Source: Planctomycetota bacterium
GTDB lineage: Bacteria > Planctomycetota > SZUA-567 > H5-PLA8
Reading direction: 5' to 3'
NCBI GenBank assembly: GCA_045863855.1
Contig: BTVV01000035.1
Span: forward strand, 1 to 53,649
Length of the DNA stretch: 53,649 nucleotides
The notes under the pieces are model-generated. The model was given only the letters and a program-made list of their open reading frames with translations, was not told the origin of the DNA and did not search any database. The position numbers and the translations under genes were made by a program. How positions within the stretch are numbered: the stretch's first letter is position 1; every line of letters begins with the position of its first letter. This document shows, piece after piece, positions 1-7,723 of the stretch.

Positions 1-2
1 CC

Positions 3-896
3 AGTGCGCCGCCCGGTACGCATACGGTTCGGGTAACCTGGGAGTGGCCGAAGAGGACCGCTCAGAAGTTGGAGCGCACCTATAAGGTAACGATTGAGAA
101 TCCTCTGTACGGGAAGACTCGCGATGCCGAGTTGGCGCGGCTGGAGTCGCAGTATCCGGGCAAGGTGGAGCTTCTTCAGGACGGTGTAACGGTGAGCGGA
201 AAGCCCTACGACGGCGTCGCGGACATGTCGCTGACCTTTGGCGGCTACGAAGGCGACAAGACCGCCATTATTTCACCTCGCGCTCGCACGCTCGACTTGG
301 GCTATTGGATCGTGAACCACAAGGCCAGCCATTACGATCGCGGCTTGCTCCGCTTCGATCTTGCAGCTCTGCAGGGCAAAAAGGTCAAACAGGCGATTCT
401 GAAGCTGACGATCCGGCAGGGCCAGAAGTATCTGGCATCCAAGCTGGCCGCGCCCATGCCGATTTACCCGATGCTTAAGCCTTGGGTGGAAGGCGAGGCC
501 GTGGCGCACGTAGATTCGCGCGGATTGGCCAAGGGGATGCCCAATGTTTATTACCAGGCGTATCCGGAAAAGTGGGAGCGCCCATTGGCGAGTGGAAGCT
601 CGGACCACGGCCCGCAGCGCGCGACGCTAGAACCCGAAGAAGGCGTCAATCCCAGCCCGGGCGCGCGTGCCGATGTGACCGCGCTGGTGAACGATTGGCT
701 GTGTGGAAAGTTGGAGAATCACGGTCTGCTGATCGGTGCGGATTTGCCGGAGGAACTGGCCAATGCGCATCCGGGAATGGGCGGAAAAGTTGAAGCCTAC
801 AAGCAGCTCTGGCCGCACGGATTGGTTGCGTTCTTTAGTAGCGACGAGCCCACCGATCAGGATTACCGGCCTCGTTTGATTGTCATCTACGAATAG
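3..896 (+). CDS. 5'-truncated protein with C-terminal DNRLRE (disaggregatase-related/CBM96-like) domain
   Basis: Frame is open from base 3 with no upstream stop, so the true start lies outside the window. Motifs RGLLRFDL..L.GKKVKQAILKL, ADVTALVNDW, ENHGLLI and FFSSDE...RPRLIVIY are typical of DNRLRE domains. Confidence 0.75.
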   Translation, partial: SAPPGTHTVRVTWEWPKRTAQKLERTYKVTIENPLYGKTRDAELARLESQYPGKVELLQDGVTVSGKPYDGVADMSLTFGGYEGDKTAIISPRARTLDLGYWIVNHKASHYDRGLLRFDLAALQGKKVKQAILKLTIRQGQKYLASKLAAPMPIYPMLKPWVEGEAVAHVDSRGLAKGMPNVYYQAYPEKWERPLASGSSDHGPQRATLEPEEGVNPSPGARADVTALVNDWLCGKLENHGLLIGADLPEELANAHPGMGGKVEAYKQLWPHGLVAFFSSDEPTDQDYRPRLIVIYE

Positions 897-967
897 GCCG
901 AACGCGAAATTGGCGCAAAGTTGCGCATGGGCTTATCTTTGCATCGGGTTTGCCCACGAAATAAAAC

Positions 968-2992
968 TCACGCTTTGTATAGACTATTCAGCGGAAGAAT
1001 CGCCACTTCAATATCTTCCTTGTTCACCGAGTAAATTACCCAGAGCGCATCGCCGGCGACGACGGCGTGCGGGTATTGGTAACCGGGCGCCTTATGCAGG
1101 CCGGGTAGGCGCGGCGAGAGTTCCGCGTTCAATCGCAGGGTGTGCATCGCCTCGAAGCGCCGTCCGTCGCGGCTCACCGCGACCGCCAAGTGGCGGCGCT
1201 TGAGCGCTTTGGCGGAAGGATTGCAGATCAGCGCCACACCACCACCGGGTAGGGGCAAGGCGTGGAACTTAGCCTGAGCGTCGGGAAAATCGGTGGGCGC
1301 AGGAGCGCTCCAGGTTGCGCCCGCGTCTCGGCTTTCGCAAAGCCAGAGTCGCCGCGATCCGCCGTCGTCGCGCAGCAGCACCCGCAACGTACCGTCTGCA
1401 TCCGCAAACCAGGAGGGCTCGGTGAGTTTCATCGCCGCGCCGGGTACACGTTCGCTCAGCGTTACGACCCTCCAGCGCATGGAGTCGGCGTCGTCCGAAA
1501 TCGCCAGGAGGGCGTCGTGCCGCGCGTTTACACCCGTCATCATCCAGCCGCCCGTGGGCAGCCGGCGCGGAGCTTCGTTGGCGTAAAAGTTGTCGAGCAA
1601 CAGACCGCGCGCTTCCCAGGCTTCGCCGTTCCAGGCCCAGTAATCGGTGGCCATTTCTTCCCAGCATTGCCCGGGAGTACGCTCGCCGTCCACGTAGCGC
1701 CCGGAAACGTAGCGCACGCCCAGCAAGAGCAGCGCTTCATCCTTCATCCACAATCCACCGCAGGTCGAGCGGATGCTGCTTCCAAAGGAGGGGAAGGCCG
1801 GCGAGGGCGCACTCCAGGTCGAGCCGTCGGGGGAAGTCGCGAAGCGAATGATCTGCCCGGGACTGTCTTCGTTGCATAAGCCGCTGGAGAACGCGGCAAA
1901 AAACCGACCTTGGTGCACGGCCAGCGCGGGGTGGTGCTGGTAGGCGAACGTATTCGCATCGCCTCGGCAGAGCGAAGCGCACCGAATCGCGGCTGGCTCC
2001 GTGGCCGGCGCGTCCGAAAAACGGGCGCCGCCGATATCGGTCAGAGCATCTTGGGTCAAAGGTCCGGGCGTACTCGATGCGGCGGCAAGGTATCCGGCGC
2101 GTTGGAGCAGGGTGCGCAGTTCCTCCTTATCGACCGAACTCACATCGGTGAATGGCTGTCGCGGCTGTCCGGCGGGGGCGCCGAGCAAACACAGACCGTA
2201 TTTCAGGAGACCGATGAAATTGTTCGATCGCTCCAACACACCGAACACTTTGGCACAACGTTCCGAAGAGGCGGCATCGCCGGCGTAAGCGCGTGCGGCT
2301 TCGCTTGGGAGCAGGTTGGTCGGTCCGTCGATACACCCGGCCGCGCCGGCCTGGCGGTACTCCTCGCGCCGAAACGGAGCGCCGCTGAAGATTAGAAAAC
2401 CTGCCGGCGCCAGATCGCGCATGGCCTTCACGCGAACGAGATCCTGAGTCGAGTCCTTGACGCCCGCGACGGCGCCTTCGAGTCTGCGCGCGACCAGCGC
2501 AAGCGCTTCCGGCGGCCAGCTCACATGGGTGCGAGAAGGATTGTGATACAGCAGCAACGGAATGCGCGCGGCCTGTGCGAGCGCCTCGTAGTAACGCGTC
2601 AGCGCATCCACCGAGGGCTGTTCGAACCAAGGCGTAAGCGCCAGCGCGGCCTGGCATCCGGCGGCCTCGGCCATACTCAAGTAACGCTGCGCAAGCCGAG
2701 TCGTAGTCGCGCCGATGCCGGCGACGATCGAGACCCGGCCTCGAGACTGCTCCACGGCGAGCCGGAAGATCCGATCGCGCTCAACGGAGTCCAGCGCATG
2801 GGCTTCTCCGGTGGTCCCCGCGACCACCAAACCGTTCACGCCGCCCCCGATCAGCCGTTCGGCCAACGCTCGAAATGCGCCGAAGTCGACTTGCTCGTTC
2901 GAATCGAACGGTGTGACCACCGGAGCGAAGAGTCCGCCCGTGAGCGCAGAGGGTTTGGCGGCGGCGGATGTGGACGGGGCGATGGCGGGCAT
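968..2992 (-). CDS. Fusion: DapA/NanA-family class I aldolase + C-terminal BNR/Asp-box (sialidase-like) beta-propeller
   Basis: N-terminal half has PVVTPF, GTTGE, LLYHNPSRT and GVKDS (Schiff-base Lys). C-terminal half has Asp boxes TSPDGSTW, ESRDAGATW, VSRDGRRF and terminal GYQYP. Start placed at ATG 2992 (AGGA upstream), which removes the overlap with the upstream gene. Confidence 0.85.
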   Translation of the reverse strand: MPAIAPSTSAAAKPSALTGGLFAPVVTPFDSNEQVDFGAFRALAERLIGGGVNGLVVAGTTGEAHALDSVERDRIFRLAVEQSRGRVSIVAGIGATTTRLAQRYLSMAEAAGCQAALALTPWFEQPSVDALTRYYEALAQAARIPLLLYHNPSRTHVSWPPEALALVARRLEGAVAGVKDSTQDLVRVKAMRDLAPAGFLIFSGAPFRREEYRQAGAAGCIDGPTNLLPSEAARAYAGDAASSERCAKVFGVLERSNNFIGLLKYGLCLLGAPAGQPRQPFTDVSSVDKEELRTLLQRAGYLAAASSTPGPLTQDALTDIGGARFSDAPATEPAAIRCASLCRGDANTFAYQHHPALAVHQGRFFAAFSSGLCNEDSPGQIIRFATSPDGSTWSAPSPAFPSFGSSIRSTCGGLWMKDEALLLLGVRYVSGRYVDGERTPGQCWEEMATDYWAWNGEAWEARGLLLDNFYANEAPRRLPTGGWMMTGVNARHDALLAISDDADSMRWRVVTLSERVPGAAMKLTEPSWFADADGTLRVLLRDDGGSRRLWLCESRDAGATWSAPAPTDFPDAQAKFHALPLPGGGVALICNPSAKALKRRHLAVAVSRDGRRFEAMHTLRLNAELSPRLPGLHKAPGYQYPHAVVAGDALWVIYSVNKEDIEVAILPLNSLYKA

Positions 2993-3024
2993 GGAAGGTT
3001 CCTGGTGGCGATCGGGGTCGCAGC

Positions 3025-4416
3025 TTACTTCACAGTCTGCTTGTGCCGGTAAAGCCACATCTTCGAGGACGAAGCGGGCTGCACGACAAAGGCGTTATGC
3101 GCCGGGTCGTAATAGCCTTTACCCACACAGTACGGAGGCTTGGGCATGGCCGGACCTGTTGGTGTGATCTCCTTCCACTCGTTGGCGGAAAGCGAGTAAG
3201 CGGCCAGCTTGCCGTTGCGGGGATCGCAGAGCAGGAAAATGTCCGCATTCGAGTCGTAAGCGAAGACCGTGGCGGCATCGCTGGCTTTTAGCGGCACGGT
3301 GTCGTTAAGCTTCGACCATTCATTCTTGGCGACATCGTAGGCAAAAGTCGTGTTGTGCAGGACGGCGACGATCTTCTTGTCTTTTGTCGAGTATGCCGTC
3401 TGTTGCTCGGAAGGCGGCGAGATCTTATCTTTGAAAGCAAGCTCGAAGATGCCGCGGCCCGCGTTGGGCTTCAAGTTCTCCCAAGTGTCCGTCGCCGGAT
3501 CGTACGCGTGCATGTAGAGCGCGTTGGGACTCACGTTTTGTGCGGCGACGTAGTAGACGATCTTTTTTAGGTCCGGAACGTAGATCATCGTCGCGCCCAT
3601 GCCGCGCAGGACGGATAGTTCGCTTTCATGGGCATACGGCACCCATTGCCGCGTGTTCGGGTCGAACGTCCACATAGTCCGGTAAGGCCGGCCTTCCTTG
3701 TCTTTGCCGAACTTAGCCTTTATCTCGTCCAGATTTTCACCCGTAAACTTGTGATGCAGCCAGGGGCTATTCGCGCAATGGGCGCCGGTGCCTTGGATCA
3801 GGCGCTTCTTGATGGGGTCGTATACCAAGGTGTCCCAAGTGTGCCCGACCAAGAGCGGTCCGTGGCGATCTTTGGTGACGAAGTTGCCTTCATGAAGGAT
3901 CACGTTTTCCTTCCACCATACGGCGCAGTCGTCGAAGTTCTTTTGCTGCTTCTCGTCCAGTTTGAGGTCGGGATTCTTTTCGAACATTCGCGGCGCGAAC
4001 ATCAGCGCAAACTTGTAGGTGGCGTGGTCGCCGCCTTCAGCGGCGAAGAGACAGTGCCACGTGTTGCTGCCCAAGTGGAATTCCCAGACGTCGTTGTGCC
4101 GTCCCATGCCGTGATTGCCGCCGCAGTAGAGCGCCGTCTGGCGATCCGGTGCGTACGCCATGCGGTTGGTGTAATCGCGGCTGTAGGGTCCGCTGCGGCC
4201 CGTGAGTTTAATGGGCTGGCCGTCCAGCAGGTGCCGGACCTCCGGCAGAAGCGCACTTCCGCCTTCGGGAACCGCTTGAATCAGCTTCACGATTTCGGGG
4301 TCGTCCGCGTACGGTTGACCTTCAGGCGATCCGTCGGCCGCTGGGAGGTGTGCGGCGGCCAGGACGGCAAACAGGACTAACAGTGAGTTTCCGTTCGGCT
4401 GCGTCAGTCGGATCAT
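3025..4416 (-). CDS. Secreted Kelch-like beta-propeller protein
   Basis: Hydrophobic N-terminal signal. Repeated blade motifs MAYAPD..LYCGG, VWEFHLGSNTW, WTFDPNTRQW, AYDPATDTW, AYDVAKNEW, AYSLSANEW. Confidence 0.7.
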   Translation of the reverse strand: MIRLTQPNGNSLLVLFAVLAAAHLPAADGSPEGQPYADDPEIVKLIQAVPEGGSALLPEVRHLLDGQPIKLTGRSGPYSRDYTNRMAYAPDRQTALYCGGNHGMGRHNDVWEFHLGSNTWHCLFAAEGGDHATYKFALMFAPRMFEKNPDLKLDEKQQKNFDDCAVWWKENVILHEGNFVTKDRHGPLLVGHTWDTLVYDPIKKRLIQGTGAHCANSPWLHHKFTGENLDEIKAKFGKDKEGRPYRTMWTFDPNTRQWVPYAHESELSVLRGMGATMIYVPDLKKIVYYVAAQNVSPNALYMHAYDPATDTWENLKPNAGRGIFELAFKDKISPPSEQQTAYSTKDKKIVAVLHNTTFAYDVAKNEWSKLNDTVPLKASDAATVFAYDSNADIFLLCDPRNGKLAAYSLSANEWKEITPTGPAMPKPPYCVGKGYYDPAHNAFVVQPASSSKMWLYRHKQTVK

Positions 4417-4476
4417 CGATTGGCTCCAGTTTCGCGAACGTGCTCTAAACGAGCGGAAGTGACGGACTCGGCTTAC

Positions 4477-5367
4477 TCAGGATCGGATCGTGCGGCGCTT
4501 CATCGCTTCGGCAGTGGCTTGGGAACGCTCCAGAAACGCGTCGTGGTTCCGCGCGCCCACTGCGACGGCCAACGCGTCGGCCACCATCAGCACGGGCAGC
4601 GCCAGTTGCGCACCGATGCTCAGATACGTGTGCGCCTCTACCGGCGCGGGACCCGTCAGCAGCAGCACGCCGGCTTCGGTCGCGATGGGGCTGCGCGGAT
4701 CGCTGGTGATCGAGATCACCTCGAGGCCGCGCTGGCGCGCGAAGCGAATCCCGTCGAGCGTATCCTTCTGGCTTCCCGTTTGGGACAGGGCTAGGCAGAC
4801 GTCCCCTTTGCTCAAAGGCGCCAAATGCGTGAAGAACAGATTCGGATCGTTGGTCCAGGCGGTGGGAATCCCGGTGCGTATGAAGTTTTGTTGCACCACG
4901 AAGCCGACGTTCCCTGAGATGCCCACGCCCAGCAACACGATTCGAGCAGCCTTGGAAAGCCGCTCCACCGCCACCGCGAAGCGCTCCGGATCCAGGCTTG
5001 CCGCCGTGGCCTCGATCGAGCGGCGGTACTGGTCGGCAATGGCGGTGAGGATCGAACCCGGATGCGAATGCTTGGTCAGCGCTTCGTCTTCGATCACAGG
5101 CTGCGGGGTACCGCGTGCGCGCCGAGCGCCGAGATTCTCGGCCAGTCGCATCTTGAATTCCCGGTAACCGCCGCATTGGAGCAGGCTGCAGAACGCAAAA
5201 ACAACCGGCTCCGAAGTCTTGCAACGCTTGCAAAGTTGCGCCAAACTGATGTGCTGTGCTTCGTCGGATGTGTCGAGTACGAAGCGCGCTATCCGCGCTT
5301 GGCCCGCACTGCAGGTCGGCAGCAAGCGTTCGATTTCCGTAAGCAGGTCGCTAGCCTTGGGGGGCAT
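4477..5367 (-). CDS. MurR/RpiR-family transcriptional regulator (HTH + SIS)
   Basis: HTH: IARFVL..ISLAQLCKRCKTSEPVV...GYREFK. SIS: LLGVGISG, LALSQTG, ISITS. ATG 5367 has GGAGAG upstream. Confidence 0.92.
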   Translation of the reverse strand: MPPKASDLLTEIERLLPTCSAGQARIARFVLDTSDEAQHISLAQLCKRCKTSEPVVFAFCSLLQCGGYREFKMRLAENLGARRARGTPQPVIEDEALTKHSHPGSILTAIADQYRRSIEATAASLDPERFAVAVERLSKAARIVLLGVGISGNVGFVVQQNFIRTGIPTAWTNDPNLFFTHLAPLSKGDVCLALSQTGSQKDTLDGIRFARQRGLEVISITSDPRSPIATEAGVLLLTGPAPVEAHTYLSIGAQLALPVLMVADALAVAVGARNHDAFLERSQATAEAMKRRTIRS

Positions 5368-5381
5368 CGTTCGGCTCTCCA

Positions 5382-5427
5382 TATAATAAAGATACACCGG
5401 TAACTATATATGTGTATTAAAAATACT
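5382..5427. promoter_or_regulatory. Two candidate RpiR/HexR-like operator boxes (TGTA-N7-TACA type)
   Basis: TATAATAAAGATACA (5382-5396) and TGTATTAAAAATACT (5413-5427), each one mismatch from TGTA-N7-TACA and 31 bp apart, directly upstream of the rpiR gene in an AT-rich divergent intergenic region. Confidence 0.5.
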
Positions 5428-5768
5428 AAAAAGATCGAGCAATCAACTGACTAGCGAGAAGGGCGCATGGGACAGCGAGGGCGCGAGCATCAAGTTAGGT
5501 GTTAAGTCCTTCATGCGATTACCTTTATTGGGATGTCAGGCGAAATACACCACGCATGCCTTGAGAGCGCTCGTTACTATATAAGGTAGTGCCAGCCGCG
5601 TCAGGCTTGGGATGGACTAGGGCCGTTAAAAGCTTGGAATTATTTAGCTGACGTGATTTCGAGCGGTGTACAACCCATTGAGTTAAGTGTTAGCAGATTG
5701 TGTTTACTGAGAATCTTTTGCCCTAAGGCAAAACCGAGTGACCGGGCGCCCAGGAGAGGGATCGAATC

Positions 5769-6785
5769 ATGGCCCATGCGGATGCGGATGCGGAGCGGAC
5801 GCTGGAAGCGGTCGAGGCGCTGGGCAAAGCGCGCGAAGCGATCTTAGGTGAAGTGCGCAAGGTCATTGTCGGCCAGCAAGACGTGATCGACGACGTGCTG
5901 GTCTGTCTCTTCAGCCGCGGGCACGCACTGCTGGTGGGCGTTCCCGGCTTGGCGAAGACTCTTCTGGTCAGCACCATCGCCAAGATTCTTGACCTCAAGT
6001 TCAAGCGCATCCAGTTTACGCCGGACCTGATGCCTAGCGACATCACCGGGACGGACGTGATCGAAGAGGATGCCGAAACGGGTAAGCGGCACCTCAGGTT
6101 CTTCGAAGGACCGATCTTCTCGAACATCGTGCTGGCCGACGAGATCAACCGTACGCCGCCCAAGACTCAGGCCGCCTTGCTCCAGGCGATGCAGGAAAAG
6201 GAAGTCACGATCGGAACGAAGACCTACAAACTCGAACAGCCGTTCCTGGTCCTCGCCACGCAGAATCCGATTGAACAGGAAGGCACGTACCCGCTTCCGG
6301 AAGCGCAGCAGGACCGCTTCATGTTTAACATTTTCCTCGGCTACCCGACGGAAGAAGACGAGATCGAAATTGGCGAGCGCACGACCGTCGACGCGCAGCC
6401 CGACTTGAAGGTCATCATGAGCGGCGAGGACATCCTGCGCTACCAGGGCTTGGTGCGCAAAGTTCCGGTCGCCCGGCATGTGGTCGCGTACGCGACGAAG
6501 CTGACGCGTGCGACGCGCCCCTTCGAACCCGACGGACATGCGATCGCTAAGAAGTGGCTGCAGTGGGGCGCCGGTCCGCGCGCAATCCAGAATCTGGTCA
6601 TCGCCGGGAAGGCCCGCGCGATCTTGCACGGGCGCTATCACGTCAGCGTCGAAGACATTCGCGCGTGCGCGCTGGCCGTTTTTCGCCACCGCATCGTCCC
6701 CAACTTCAACGCCGAAGCCGAAGGCATCGATGCGGTTAAGGTGATCGGCCAGCTCATCGAAAACGTGCCTGAACCGAAGGCTTAA
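5769..6785 (+). CDS. moxR: MoxR-family AAA+ ATPase
   Basis: Walker A GVPGLAKT, RIQFTPDLMPSD, Walker B LADEINR, ATQNPIEQEGTYPLPEAQ.DRF, GAGPRA. RBS AGGAGAGG upstream. Confidence 0.97.
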   Translation: MAHADADAERTLEAVEALGKAREAILGEVRKVIVGQQDVIDDVLVCLFSRGHALLVGVPGLAKTLLVSTIAKILDLKFKRIQFTPDLMPSDITGTDVIEEDAETGKRHLRFFEGPIFSNIVLADEINRTPPKTQAALLQAMQEKEVTIGTKTYKLEQPFLVLATQNPIEQEGTYPLPEAQQDRFMFNIFLGYPTEEDEIEIGERTTVDAQPDLKVIMSGEDILRYQGLVRKVPVARHVVAYATKLTRATRPFEPDGHAIAKKWLQWGAGPRAIQNLVIAGKARAILHGRYHVSVEDIRACALAVFRHRIVPNFNAEAEGIDAVKVIGQLIENVPEPKA

Positions 6786-6823
6786 TGTAGTACCGCATTG
6801 AACCCACGGACGGCGGGCCCCGC

Positions 6824-7723
6824 ATGAGCGTCGTTGGATCCCGATTCCTCGATCCGCGCATCTTGGCCAAGCTCCCCAATCTGGAGCTGGTCGCGAAGCG
6901 GCTGGTTCAGGGCGCGTTCGTGGGCTATCACAAGAGTCCCGATTTCGGGTACAGCGTCGAGTTCGTCGATCACCGCGATTACGCGGCCGGCGACGATCTG
7001 CGCACCGTCGATTGGCGCGTCTGGGCGCGCAAGGACAAGTACTACGTCAAGCGCTTCGAGATGGAAAGCCAGCTCAAGGCCACCGTTATTCTCGATACTT
7101 CACGCTCCATGGCCTTCGGCGAGGGGCCGCTGACTAAGCTCGAATACGGCAGCTACCTGTCCGCGTGCATTGCCTACCTTTTGATCCATCAGAACGACAT
7201 GGCCGGACTGGTCACCTTCGACGAGCGCGTGCGGCAATTCGTTCCGCCTCGCGGCAGCCGGGGGCACCTGCGCTTGATCCTCCATGCACTGGGCCAGGCG
7301 CAGCCCGGGCCGGCCACCGACGTCGCAGCCGTTTGCCACCATTTGGCCGAAACCATCAAGACGCGCGGCATGGTGGTCCTCGTCAGCGATCTACTCGACG
7401 AACCCGATGCGGTTCTGCGTTCGCTCCAGCACTTCCAGCACAAGAAGCATGACGTGATCGTCTTTCACACGCTCGACGACGCCGAGCTGGAATTACCGTA
7501 CGAGGAACTCTCGAACTTCCGCGATCTGGAATCCGGCCGCCGCCTTGCCGTGGACCCCGCCGTCTTTCGCGCTCAGTATCGAGGACGCATGCAGGGATTC
7601 TGCGAGGAGATTAGGCAAGGCTGCCTCAAGACCGGCATCGACTACCACCTGATCCGCACCAGCCAGCCGATCGAATCCATCCTCAATCGCTTCGTCGCCT
7701 TCCGGCTGCGGAGGAGCGTCTGA
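6824..7723 (+). CDS. DUF58 vWA-like protein
   Basis: G.H.S...G.SVEFVDHRDY..GDDLR.VDW, YYVKRFE.E, MIDAS DTSRS, VLVSD; canonical position after moxR. Confidence 0.95.
   Translation: MSVVGSRFLDPRILAKLPNLELVAKRLVQGAFVGYHKSPDFGYSVEFVDHRDYAAGDDLRTVDWRVWARKDKYYVKRFEMESQLKATVILDTSRSMAFGEGPLTKLEYGSYLSACIAYLLIHQNDMAGLVTFDERVRQFVPPRGSRGHLRLILHALGQAQPGPATDVAAVCHHLAETIKTRGMVVLVSDLLDEPDAVLRSLQHFQHKKHDVIVFHTLDDAELELPYEELSNFRDLESGRRLAVDPAVFRAQYRGRMQGFCEEIRQGCLKTGIDYHLIRTSQPIESILNRFVAFRLRRSV

Noticed and set aside
897..967. GCGCAA-ag-TTGCGC palindrome between convergent genes as a terminator
   Set aside because: The loop is too short and there is no adjacent U-tract.
968..2992. Naming the fusion dapA or nanA/nanH
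   Set aside because: The TPYY tyrosine and sialidase RIP motif are altered, so substrate and gene symbol cannot be assigned.
5716..5752. TTTTGCC-ctaa-GGCAAAA hairpin with GGCAAAACC, reminiscent of a c-di-GMP-I riboswitch, before moxR
   Set aside because: The downstream GCAAAGC element and second stem of GEMM are absent; only a short inverted repeat is supported.
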